A stretch of 54,668 bases of DNA from a virus. Positions 24,570-33,547 of this stretch are shown one piece after another; position 1 is the stretch's first letter; each line of letters starts with the position of its first letter. Where the stretch lies: IMG/VR virus record IMGVR_UViG_3300050026_000192; one strand, 5' to 3'. The position numbers and the translations under genes were made by a program. The notes below the pieces were generated by a model. That model saw only the letters and a program-made list of their open reading frames with translations. It had not been told where the DNA came from and made no database searches.

Positions 24570-26834
24570 TCAGCCTCCGACCGCGCGAATATCGCTTGAC
24601 TGCGTTCCGCCCATGAATGAGGCGTAGACTGGATCGGTGATGTCGAGCCGCCAACGGTCGCCTTGGGCGCTAGAGAGTCCCATGTTCGTTACCGACACGC
24701 GCGTCCGCTTCGTATTCTGCTGTTTTTCCAACTGGCGAACGAGCGGATTGCCGTAGGTCTGGCCGCCATCCTTACTATTCGATACCGCCACTGTCGGATT
24801 GACCACATTATTTGGAACTGTGAGATCGACGACTGATCCGCCAGAGACGTAGGCGTTGGCGAACACCGAACTCTGCAATTCGACATGCGTGGTATCAACA
24901 ATGGTCAGCGTCCAGTTACCGTTGGCTTCCGTTGTGCCTGTTACGCCAGACACCGCGCCGACATCTCCGGTCGCTACTTGAGATGTCGAATCTACAGCCA
25001 GTCTAACAACGCCGTTTGTTCCTAATGCCGCGCCAGTTACCGTCATCTTGCGTGAGCCGACCGTCCGGCCGACGCCAATAACGAAATTAAAATCGCCGCG
25101 CGCAACCCTAATCTGTTCTGGGAAGTTCTGAACCGGCCCTGATTCCATGCGCCAGAGTTGGACCGCGCCGACCTCACTGGCGTTTGTGTCGTCAAGATAT
25201 AGAATGTTTCCCGACAACGTATCGCCAGTCAGCCACTTGCCAAATGCTGGGTGGCTCCCTGTAGCGCGCCAGCGACCAAATATACCGGTCGAGGCCAGCG
25301 ACCATCGCTCATTCCATCTCAGCGTTTTTAGGTTGAACTCCCACGTCCAATTAGGTGACGACAGAACCCAGAATTTCTTTCCCTGCGCAACGTAGCAACT
25401 GGCCTCTAGCGTGTTGCCTGCCTTGATCTCAGTCTCGATAAGGCGATCAAGATCGGGCGTCGACACCTTCTGGGCGGCCAACTGGCCAACTGTCATCCAA
25501 TAGACGCCGTTGTCCTGACCAACCCAGAGAAGCTCTGAGAACCCAGTTTCCCAACCCGCAATGGCGCTCGCCTGGGCGAGGCTGAATTCCAACACCGCAA
25601 TGCGCGAGTACGGAAAAGCCGGAGCCGGATTGGCGGCGTCTTGCCATACCTCTAGCGAGCCCGTCGTGAATGCGAGAAGGAACCCGCTGAATGCAATGAC
25701 CAGAAGCAGGGTGACATCGGACTTCGCCTCTGCCATGACAAACGTCAAGGCGTTCATGGTGAGGCCGTTCAACTGCGAGGCGTAGATAAAATTTGCCGAA
25801 GTGGAAAAGAAGAAATAGCCGTCTTGGAAGCACACTGAGTTTGGTTGCGGAAGATTGCTTTGTCCAGTGTATGCGGTCGGCGCTCCGGTAAACGCGCCGT
25901 AGGTTCCGCTCCCGCCAGCCAGGTTGCCTGATGCGGGACTAAACGTGATGGTCTCGCCACCACTTGCCGTGGCACTATAGACCCAAACGGCTCCGCCGTC
26001 GTTGATGTTTCCGGTTCCGGTTCCGCTCGGACCGCCTGATGTCGCAGACGTCCCAGGAGTGACAAGCTTGTAGTAATTTCCTCCGTTTGAAACCAATTCG
26101 CCAATTGGCGAATATGCGTGGGACGCTACCCAATTGCCAATAACGGCGCCAGTCGCAGCATACGTCATGGACGTTGAATTGCCAATTGCGCCGGTATGGA
26201 CGATCGTGATGACAGCGCCGCTTGATGTTGCAGTTACTTTATTGGCGATCAGCACTGTATTTGCGTTGGTATTGGTTTTAAGTGCCGTCGCAATCGTTGT
26301 CGCTGTATCGCCCCCGACGACCGTATATGATATCGTAATCGGAAAGTCGTCAATCAAATCGTTGAGAATAATTAGATTGACAATATCCCCAACGACAAAT
26401 GATGTTCCAGCGACAGTCGCGGTCGCGGTGGCATTAGCTACTGTCGCGCTTTCCAACACATAGGCGCCATTATCGACGTCAACTGCGACCACATCGGGAA
26501 CTGGCGACGCCTGATTTCTGGCGATCGATACTTTCTTGGTCCCAGGCAAGACGCCAAGCGAAATCACAGTTCCGGTCGCATCGATCGTTGATGCGTTGCC
26601 GGACCATGCCTCAAACGAAAGATTATTGACCAGCAGGCCGCCACGATATCCGCTCTGCGCTGTGGACGCGAATAGCGAAAGCCCCGCGCTCCTGATCCAT
26701 TTGATTTTTGCCGGGCCGCCGTCGCCAAGTGGTTCGGCATAACAATTGATCAGCCGACCGGCGCCTTCTTGCGGACTATTGCCTGGCGAGGTCGAGGTCG
26801 GGAATGGGATTGGCTGCGGACCTTGAGTGGACAT
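24570..26834 (-). CDS. P22 gp10-like tail hub / DNA-stabilisation protein with a large insertion (754 aa)
   Basis: GRLINCYAEP near the N-terminus and SNSKDGGQTYGNP...RWRLDITDPV near the C-terminus resemble the gp10 family. It follows the gp4-like gene. Confidence 0.55.
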   Translation of the reverse strand: MSTQGPQPIPFPTSTSPGNSPQEGAGRLINCYAEPLGDGGPAKIKWIRSAGLSLFASTAQSGYRGGLLVNNLSFEAWSGNASTIDATGTVISLGVLPGTKKVSIARNQASPVPDVVAVDVDNGAYVLESATVANATATATVAGTSFVVGDIVNLIILNDLIDDFPITISYTVVGGDTATTIATALKTNTNANTVLIANKVTATSSGAVITIVHTGAIGNSTSMTYAATGAVIGNWVASHAYSPIGELVSNGGNYYKLVTPGTSATSGGPSGTGTGNINDGGAVWVYSATASGGETITFSPASGNLAGGSGTYGAFTGAPTAYTGQSNLPQPNSVCFQDGYFFFSTSANFIYASQLNGLTMNALTFVMAEAKSDVTLLLVIAFSGFLLAFTTGSLEVWQDAANPAPAFPYSRIAVLEFSLAQASAIAGWETGFSELLWVGQDNGVYWMTVGQLAAQKVSTPDLDRLIETEIKAGNTLEASCYVAQGKKFWVLSSPNWTWEFNLKTLRWNERWSLASTGIFGRWRATGSHPAFGKWLTGDTLSGNILYLDDTNASEVGAVQLWRMESGPVQNFPEQIRVARGDFNFVIGVGRTVGSRKMTVTGAALGTNGVVRLAVDSTSQVATGDVGAVSGVTGTTEANGNWTLTIVDTTHVELQSSVFANAYVSGGSVVDLTVPNNVVNPTVAVSNSKDGGQTYGNPLVRQLEKQQNTKRTRVSVTNMGLSSAQGDRWRLDITDPVYASFMGGTQSSDIRAVGG

Positions 26835-27235
26835 CAGAAAGACTCAGTCCTCAAAATCTCGTAAGTCGGTTTTCCGCGCTGCATAATCTTGAGAGACATT
26901 GCAGCAGTCCCGGCTCCAATCGGAACACCCCCAGCGCCGCCGAGACCGCGATTGACGAGTTTGACGTAATCGTCATTGGTGACGCCGAATTTTACCGCAC
27001 TCTCACCTGCTAAGATGTCGGCGAGATCAGAGAACCATTCTGGCTGAATATTGTCCTCATCAGGTACATAGCAGATTTCCAGCGCCGCTAGCTTGCGAAG
27101 CAAAGCGTCGAGTTCGTCCGATACGGTCTGATAATCCTCGACGTCAATTGACTGCCCAGAGGCGAGCACACCAAGCCTAGAGAGCGCCGCGGCAATCAAA
27201 TCGGCTGAGGTTCGGAACGGGGGCGAGTTGGTCAT
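26834..27235 (-). CDS. P22 gp4-like head-to-tail adaptor
   Basis: DLIAAALSRLGVLASGQSIDVEDYQTVSDELDALLRKL parallels the gp4 N-terminal region. Confidence 0.55.
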   Translation of the reverse strand: MTNSPPFRTSADLIAAALSRLGVLASGQSIDVEDYQTVSDELDALLRKLAALEICYVPDEDNIQPEWFSDLADILAGESAVKFGVTNDDYVKLVNRGLGGAGGVPIGAGTAAMSLKIMQRGKPTYEILRTESF

Positions 27236-27789
27236 CAGCTACGCCACGGGATCTCTAAAATGCCGTGCTTGACGAAGACGCCGGCGACGTCGAGTTCGCT
27301 CAGTTGCTCCTCAATCCGCATGTGACGAAGCTTTGGCTCGAACAGCCGACCGAGCCAATCGATATCATCGTGGCCTACTTCGCAAGCGCGGCGGAGATCA
27401 CGATCGGCGGACCATTTCACGACAAGATCGTCAACGGTGTTGACCTCCTTCATCCACGCCACAACATGGGCGCGATATTGTGTCGCATTCTTCGGCGGAT
27501 CATTGTCGCCCGGTTCCGGACCTTGGTCGCCAACACGAAAGAAACGATTGGTCCGCGCAGATTCGATCAAGCCTTTATCCCGGACCCGCATCGGTACATT
27601 GGCTTTGAACTCTCGACCCTGCCATTTGCAAATCGTCGGGTCATCAGCGCCGGGAACGTAAGTGACATCCTCGCCGTCGTATTCAGCTACGACGATCGGT
27701 TCATTGACTTCTTCTGGCATCTGAACAATCTTCGGCGGCCGACCAGGGCCGCGCTTGACTTGCTGTTCGGCCACGAATGAATCAGTCAT
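27235..27789 (-). CDS. hypothetical head/tail-module protein (184 aa)
   Basis: ORF track. TGATG overlap downstream. Confidence 0.6.
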   Translation of the reverse strand: MTDSFVAEQQVKRGPGRPPKIVQMPEEVNEPIVVAEYDGEDVTYVPGADDPTICKWQGREFKANVPMRVRDKGLIESARTNRFFRVGDQGPEPGDNDPPKNATQYRAHVVAWMKEVNTVDDLVVKWSADRDLRRACEVGHDDIDWLGRLFEPKLRHMRIEEQLSELDVAGVFVKHGILEIPWRS

Positions 27790-27849
27790 TCTTTAATGTC
27801 CCTCAGAGTGGCCGGCGGCGGGTTTCAGCCGCCGGTAGTTTGCATGGGG

Positions 27850-28542
27850 TCAATACGCGATTGTGGTGGTCTGATAAGCGATCGACCTGATCCAAGGATG
27901 GCCAAGACCAACCGCGGCATAGCCGGGCCGTGTCGTTTCGCCAACAGTCGGCGGCATAACGTCAAAGCCGGTGTCATGGACGAGTTTGGCCCGTTCGGCT
28001 TCGTGCCTGACGTGGATCAGCCCGACATCGCGGCCGCCAGCGGCGGTCAGTTCGTCGGTCTGGCGATGCCACATCTCGGCGTACAGCTTCACTGCGTCAG
28101 CCTCGCCTTTGAGACGCGCACGGTCATCCTCGACCGCCTTGTCTTCATAGGCGTGCCTCTTCGCCATGGCGTCGGATTCGGCTACATGGCGAACCTTAAG
28201 CGCCTCCGCTCGGACATCCAAGGCTGCCGCTCTCTCTTCGTTGACCCTCGTGGCGTAATCGTCAGGGCTCATCGTCACGAATGACAGCGGAGGATTCGGC
28301 GGGTTGGGCGACTTGGCGTCGACGGCGCGCTTTTCGTCCTCGGCGCGCAGCCGAGCGGCATCGGCATCGCGGGAGACGCGCGCCGCGGCCACATAAGCCG
28401 GGTCCGGGGGTACCGGCGAGGGTTGAACGGGCGCGGGGTTCGGCTGCTCGGGCGCCCCGGGGTTGGCCCATTCATGATCGCCTAACTGGCCAGACGTGTC
28501 GGCCGTCGCCTGGCCTCCCTCATAGTTCGTTTCCATGGTCAT
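27850..28542 (-). CDS. hypothetical head-module protein (230 aa)
   Basis: ORF track. Pro-rich N-terminus and a charged helical middle. Confidence 0.6.
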   Translation of the reverse strand: MTMETNYEGGQATADTSGQLGDHEWANPGAPEQPNPAPVQPSPVPPDPAYVAAARVSRDADAARLRAEDEKRAVDAKSPNPPNPPLSFVTMSPDDYATRVNEERAAALDVRAEALKVRHVAESDAMAKRHAYEDKAVEDDRARLKGEADAVKLYAEMWHRQTDELTAAGGRDVGLIHVRHEAERAKLVHDTGFDVMPPTVGETTRPGYAAVGLGHPWIRSIAYQTTTIAY

Positions 28543-28565
28543 CTCCTTGACTGCGCTGATGAAGC

Positions 28566-28587
28566 GGCAGGGGCATTATCCCCTGCC
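28566..28587 (-). terminator. 8-bp GC hairpin after the 28598 gene
   Basis: ggcagggg / cattat / cccctgcc. No strong T tract. Confidence 0.35.
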
Positions 28588-28597
28588 GTTGTTGGCT

Positions 28598-29152
28598 TCA
28601 TTGGTCGTTATTCTCAACAAACGCCAGAATAACCGTGATCGCACCGGTCGTCGCCGCGGTCCCGGTCTGCGTGTACTTGGCGAAGATAGGGACGCCGCCA
28701 TTGAGTGCGGTCTGATAGGTCGCGTTGGATGTAACGGTCAGACCAATGCCAGCCGCAGCGGTCAGGTGGAACATGCCGGCGCCAATCGACGTGGTGCTGT
28801 TGCTGATGTTTGTCGTCGCCCCCGAACCGCCGTCAGCAACGATTTCGTTTGAACTCGCCGAAGTCGCGCCGATGGTAAACACGTTGGTCGTCGCGGCGTT
28901 GAACGCCGTCGTGACCTGCGCATCGATCGACAGGATGTAGGCGCTCTTCGGCAAGGTGCAGAACCACTGCCCGGTCTTGATGTTCGGGTCGTTGTAATTG
29001 ACCGTCACCCGGCAATACTGGACGACCTGGCCGGGCTGCGTCCTGGCCGGGATATTACGTTTCTGATCGACATTGAGCGCATAAGCCGAGCCGATCGTGA
29101 CGGCGGCCAAAGCGCACGCGAGAACCGCACTTTTCAGGATATTGCGAAACAT
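28598..29152 (-). CDS. exported protein directly downstream of the capsid gene (184 aa)
   Basis: Internal ATG. Signal peptide MFRNILKSAVLACALAAVTIGSAYA; Thr/Ala/Gly-rich beta-type sequence. Confidence 0.6.
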   Translation of the reverse strand: MFRNILKSAVLACALAAVTIGSAYALNVDQKRNIPARTQPGQVVQYCRVTVNYNDPNIKTGQWFCTLPKSAYILSIDAQVTTAFNAATTNVFTIGATSASSNEIVADGGSGATTNISNSTTSIGAGMFHLTAAAGIGLTVTSNATYQTALNGGVPIFAKYTQTGTAATTGAITVILAFVENNDQ

Positions 29153-29183
29153 GAGAGTTGCCTTTGCGAATTGAGAGACGAAA

Positions 29184-29208
29184 CCGCCGCCCAGATTATG
29201 AGCGGCGG
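29184..29208 (-). terminator. hairpin plus T-rich tail after the capsid gene (attenuator candidate)
   Basis: The minus strand reads ccgccgc-tcataatctgg-gcggcgg, then tttcgtctctc. Confidence 0.45.
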
Positions 29209-29220
29209 CGCGAGATGCGA

Positions 29221-30381
29221 TCAAGCGTCGGCGACGGCTGCTTCAAACATCGTGAAGATGCCCCACTCACGCAAGCTTCCCGAGGCCGTCTTCTTGAACA
29301 TCTTGGAGATGCCATAGGCCATCTCAATGCCGGCGCCGCGGATAAAGCCGTAGTCGTCTTCCTTGCGGAAGCGCGGGATAGGCAGTTGGCCCCACGCCCA
29401 CGCCTGAGCGGACTGGCCGCACATAAACGCAGGCGCAACTCGGGTCGTCGCGCTGGCGCCGGCGGTCAGATAGAACGTCGGCAGACGCAACGACAGTTCG
29501 GGGATTTCGCGGATGATCACGCCGTTGTAGAGCAGATCGCCATCGACGAAGATCGGGTTTTTCAGATAGCCCTGCTGCTCCCTCGCACGGCTGTTCTGGT
29601 TCGCGGTCTTGATGTCGCTGTCATTGCCCGCATCGCGGAATTGTTCTTGACCGACGAACAGGACGAACCATTCCGTGCCGTTCTCCTTGAGCTTGAACGG
29701 GCGAATGCGCGGGTTAGCGACCTTGGCCTGCCGTTTCGCTCTCATGATTAAGGCGCCGGACATCGTCATCGCTGTCGTGATGTTTGACATCGACGTCGCG
29801 AAGTTGCCGGCCGACAGGTACGCTGTGTTGGACGTGCCGATCAGAATGCGATCGGCGTTGTCCGTGATCCAGGTGTTGCGCTGGGTGACGGTCGCGGCGT
29901 CGAACAAGATGCCGTTGACCCGCTGTCCGGCGCTGCTGCCGAGGCCAGCAGGCGCCGACTCGCTCGGCAACGCATAGAAGGCGTCGCAGATCTCGTCGCG
30001 CTGGAGTTCCTTACCCCAGTCGGCGAGTGCCGGCTTTGCTTCGGCGAAGAGATCAATCGACGACTTATGCTCGTCGCTGTTCTTGATCGCTACAGCCTTA
30101 CGAGCCCAGTCGATCCAAGCGCGCATGCCGTAGTTGTCGATCGCCTCTTCGTTGCCGACCAACGGGCCAGAGCCGATGGCTTGGCCGTTGAGACGGTCGC
30201 GCAACGGAATATTGACCTGCTCGCCGCCATTCTTGCCTTCAAGGTCAGCATAGACGCGAATGATCGACGTGATGTCGGCGCCCATGTACGGCGAGAACAG
30301 GTTCTCGCGCACATATTCGCGGATCATATCCTTGCGGAATTTGATGAGTTTGTTGTTGTCTTGCGGGATTGTATTGGACAT
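29221..30381 (-). CDS. major capsid protein (DUF4043 / N4-gp56-like family)
   Basis: 386 aa directly after the scaffold-like gene. The N-terminal FRKDMIREYVRENLFSPYMG and EGKNGGEQVNIPL...GNEEAIDNYG match my memory of that family. Confidence 0.75.
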   Translation of the reverse strand: MSNTIPQDNNKLIKFRKDMIREYVRENLFSPYMGADITSIIRVYADLEGKNGGEQVNIPLRDRLNGQAIGSGPLVGNEEAIDNYGMRAWIDWARKAVAIKNSDEHKSSIDLFAEAKPALADWGKELQRDEICDAFYALPSESAPAGLGSSAGQRVNGILFDAATVTQRNTWITDNADRILIGTSNTAYLSAGNFATSMSNITTAMTMSGALIMRAKRQAKVANPRIRPFKLKENGTEWFVLFVGQEQFRDAGNDSDIKTANQNSRAREQQGYLKNPIFVDGDLLYNGVIIREIPELSLRLPTFYLTAGASATTRVAPAFMCGQSAQAWAWGQLPIPRFRKEDDYGFIRGAGIEMAYGISKMFKKTASGSLREWGIFTMFEAAVADA

Positions 30382-30442
30382 TGCGGTCGTCTTTCAGGTT
30401 ACAGCCGCGTAATCCAAGACCCCGCGAGGGGAACTGGATACG

Positions 30443-31522
30443 TCATGCTGATTTGAACACCGAGTCAAAGATCGCAGCGTTGGAATCGTCTCGATCCGCG
30501 CCGTCCGATCTCAGGTGATTGCCCCCCGACGCTCGGTTGAGCGATGCGGGAAGGCGAGTTAGGTTACGAGGCCTTCCTTCGTCCCCGGTCGCCGCTTCAT
30601 CACGCAGACTTTCGAGAAGCTGCTTGCGAAATTCGGGATCGGAGGCGAGAGATTTGCGAGTTTCCTCAGCGATCTTGGCTTTGTAGGCCGAAGGATCGTC
30701 GCCGACCTCGCGGAGCGCCTCGTTGCGTTTGTGCCATTGGACAAGGGCTTCGCCGGGGTTCGGCGATTTCCACATCCGCTGAACAAGTTCTTTGTTCTCC
30801 TGAACGTAGGGGTCAAGTTTAGTGACGGTTTCAAACGCCTTCGTAAACGCGTCCCCATGTTTCTGATGCGCTAGATTAAGACTGAACTCGACGCGCTGCT
30901 GATCCATTTGCGAGCGCATTTGCTCAATCTGAGCCTTAGGCGCGTTGGCGACATAGTCGGCGAACGCTTTGGGATCTTCAAAGAGATCAGGAGGACCAGC
31001 GGGTTTATCGGCGTCCGCTTTCTGAGGCGGAGCGGCTTGCTGCTGTTTGTTGAGAGCGGCCAGAACACCATCGAACCGCGCAGTGAGCGTATCGATGTCT
31101 TTCTTGCGGGCAACTTCGGCCTCGGCGATCTTGCCTTTGGCTTCGGCCAGTGCGGCTTCCGCCGCCTGCGCGCGCTTCGTTTCCTCTCTCAGACGCCCGG
31201 CAGGAACGCGGCCTTTGGGTTCGTTTGCTTTGGTTTCGGCTTCCGCCTTTGCAGCAGATTCCGCCTCCTCGGCTTTCTTGCCCTCGTCGCCTTCCTTGGC
31301 TTCGACCTCAGCGGCCTCTGCCTCTTCGCCAGTTACCTCGGCTTCGGGTTCCTCGTCCTCGTCGGGCTCGATTTGCCCTTCAAGACCGGTTCCCATTTCC
31401 TCAAGCGATCGGTCTCCGGTCTCGTCTAGGACCGGCTCATCGTTGCCGAACGCCTCGCCGAAAATCTCACGATCCGTTGCCCTCATTGCTGCTTTGATGA
31501 TGTCGTTTTCGCTGTTCGCCAT
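30443..31522 (-). CDS. scaffolding protein
   Basis: Internal ATG (MANSENDIIK...). Strongly acidic and Ala/Glu/Lys-rich, helical. Sits immediately upstream of the capsid gene. Confidence 0.65.
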   Translation of the reverse strand: MANSENDIIKAAMRATDREIFGEAFGNDEPVLDETGDRSLEEMGTGLEGQIEPDEDEEPEAEVTGEEAEAAEVEAKEGDEGKKAEEAESAAKAEAETKANEPKGRVPAGRLREETKRAQAAEAALAEAKGKIAEAEVARKKDIDTLTARFDGVLAALNKQQQAAPPQKADADKPAGPPDLFEDPKAFADYVANAPKAQIEQMRSQMDQQRVEFSLNLAHQKHGDAFTKAFETVTKLDPYVQENKELVQRMWKSPNPGEALVQWHKRNEALREVGDDPSAYKAKIAEETRKSLASDPEFRKQLLESLRDEAATGDEGRPRNLTRLPASLNRASGGNHLRSDGADRDDSNAAIFDSVFKSA

Positions 31523-31672
31523 TTCAGGTTCTCTCTGTCGCGTGAGAAAGCGGCGGCGCGCGTAGAGATGTCCGCGCCGAGATGACATTGCGCCGTGTCG
31601 TGGACGCCTACGATTGGGCTAAGACGAGCGGCGCCCAGAGCCGCGGCCTCGTATCGTGAGGCTAGACGAAAC

Positions 31673-31996
31673 TTATTGCATCGCTTTGAGACGACGCTCT
31701 AGGGCTTCGGCCGGCGAGGCCGCGAGATCGACATCAGACGATCCCTGGCCCGTCATGCCGAGCGCCTTGTCGCATGCCTCGCGAAGGCTCTTGATCGCTG
31801 CTGGCGAGCCGCGCAGATGAGCTACGCAGGCACCGTCCGCGACGACCTGACCATCGTTCATCGGCGTCAATGACATGGCCGAGAGGACAATGGCCACGAC
31901 CCCGTTGGACTGCCCTAGCGCCGGCGCAGCATCGAAATAGATAACGGGCGCTGAGTTGGCGTTCTTCAACGCAGGGCGCGCAGGCTTGTCGGTCAT
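31673..31996 (-). CDS. hypothetical protein (107 aa)
   Basis: ORF track. ATGA overlap upstream. Confidence 0.55.
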   Translation of the reverse strand: MTDKPARPALKNANSAPVIYFDAAPALGQSNGVVAIVLSAMSLTPMNDGQVVADGACVAHLRGSPAAIKSLREACDKALGMTGQGSSDVDLAASPAEALERRLKAMQ

Positions 31997-32091
31997 GCGT
32001 TCATTGCCTGTTGGTTATCCATCACCGTCGCGCTCTCGCACATCTCTAGGAAGACTGCGAGGGCAATAAGCCAGAGGGTGGCGAGGGTCAT
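31993..32091 (-). CDS. small membrane peptide (32 aa)
   Basis: MTLATLWLIALAVFLEMCESATVMDNQQAMNA. ATGA overlaps at both ends. Confidence 0.4.
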   Translation of the reverse strand: MTLATLWLIALAVFLEMCESATVMDNQQAMNA

Positions 32092-32867
32092 GGCCCGATG
32101 TTTGCCGTGTTGATTGGGACGAAGCCGATGTTGTCGTTGGCGTAGGTGCCGGTGAACGAGTAGTCGTGCGCCGCCGCGTTGGTAAACTGCGGACTGCCGA
32201 AGAATGGCGCAGTGTCCGTGACCGTGAACGTGGAACCAGCCAGCATGTTGGGATTGGTGAATGCCGTACCGGATGCGGCGTAATAGATGTTCTTTGAGAC
32301 AATTGGTGGCGCGGTTACATATGCACTGGAAGTCTGCCACACCGGCACAGGCTGACTGTTGTTACCGGAATATATGATGTTATCCATTATGTTGTTATAG
32401 TTCATACCAAAATTTGTGCCAGAATTACCAGATACATCTTGATATAGGAACGCTACAGTCGGGTTGGCCCCAATAGCTGCAAAGTTCGTTGTGTCGCAGA
32501 TGTTATTCTTAAATAAATCGTGATCTCCGCCATGAATTATCCAGCAAAACTGATTTGTCCCGTATATGATATTGTTTACCAGCGTCACAAATGACGTGTT
32601 GTTGTCGAGATAAATTCCCTTGCCCAAGCAGTTATAGACAATGTTATTTGTAATCCCGACGCCTAGATTAACGTGGTTATCAGTATTGTAGATACACCCA
32701 GAATCACCTAAGGGGGCCTGGTTTGTGTCGTGTACTATGTTGCTGTCCACTAACACATTAGAGCCGGCAAGCGGGGTGACGGTCTCGAGAACTGCAATGC
32801 CAGGCGCAGCGGCATTGGAAGTCCGAGCGCTGGCTGCGCATGGTCGAGAACGACGCCATGCGTCCAT
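32088..32867 (-). CDS. right-handed beta-helix (pectate-lyase-fold) protein, apparently N-terminally truncated or chimeric
   Basis: Repeats NNIVYNCLGKGIYLDNNTS / VNNIIYGTNQ / KNNICDTTN in low-GC DNA. The first about 20 codons are the antisense of a portal-gene fragment. ATG 32960 is the alternative start. Confidence 0.6.
   Translation of the reverse strand: MDAWRRSRPCAASARTSNAAAPGIAVLETVTPLAGSNVLVDSNIVHDTNQAPLGDSGCIYNTDNHVNLGVGITNNIVYNCLGKGIYLDNNTSFVTLVNNIIYGTNQFCWIIHGGDHDLFKNNICDTTNFAAIGANPTVAFLYQDVSGNSGTNFGMNYNNIMDNIIYSGNNSQPVPVWQTSSAYVTAPPIVSKNIYYAASGTAFTNPNMLAGSTFTVTDTAPFFGSPQFTNAAAHDYSFTGTYANDNIGFVPINTANIGP
32803..32856. repeat. 54-bp perfect inverted repeat, left copy (portal-gene fragment)
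   Basis: It is the reverse complement of 35930..35983, checked base by base. Confidence 0.9.
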
Positions 32868-32907
32868 GCACCGAGACACAGTGCAGGGAGTATCAGTCCA
32901 ATGCGTT

Positions 32908-33546
32908 TCAACGAAGGTCGAGCCCCCAAACATCAAGAGTCGACGACCCATCGCCAGCATATGAGTTTGTACTCGGAGGAGACAACATTTTAACCCGCAT
33001 ATAGTAGGCTGACGATACTACGCCTATCGCACTAGTCGAAATCTTGCACCACGACCCAACCACTGTGGCTGAACTGGTAATGCTACTAAATCCATTCAAC
33101 CCGTATGATCCAGTGAGAGCTGTGCAATCCGACAAACTAAAGTTCCAGAAGAAATAATATGTGAAACTATTATCATATGTCTGAATAGTTATGTTTCTAG
33201 CGCCAACCCCATATTTTGCATATACCGATGTCGTATAAGTTGTTGCCGTGAAACTGTGCGTTACAGCAAATTGACTTTGATGATCTCCCGTATTGCTATT
33301 TTCGGCAATTGTGGAAGCGTCTACGGTGCAATCTGGCGAAGTAACTTGGTTGATTGCTACCGATGCGTTGATCGTTGAGCCGCCCGCAAGCGTCGCATTG
33401 TCATAAATTCCGCCTGTTGGGGCGGAAATCGGGGTGCAAGATGCCCCGAGGACAGCTAAGCCAGCGCCCGTCAACGGTACTTGCGCCGAGGCCGCGCCAA
33501 ACCACAGCGAGGCGATTAGGAGTGAGAGAGCGGCAATTCGGCGCAT
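32908..33546 (-). CDS. exported Cys-containing protein, lectin/CBM-like (212 aa)
   Basis: Signal peptide MRRIAALSLLIASLWFGAASA. Four Cys; C-terminal ...YAGDGSSTLDVWGLDLR. Low-GC DNA. Confidence 0.65.
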   Translation of the reverse strand: MRRIAALSLLIASLWFGAASAQVPLTGAGLAVLGASCTPISAPTGGIYDNATLAGGSTINASVAINQVTSPDCTVDASTIAENSNTGDHQSQFAVTHSFTATTYTTSVYAKYGVGARNITIQTYDNSFTYYFFWNFSLSDCTALTGSYGLNGFSSITSSATVVGSWCKISTSAIGVVSSAYYMRVKMLSPPSTNSYAGDGSSTLDVWGLDLR

Positions 33547-33547
33547 G

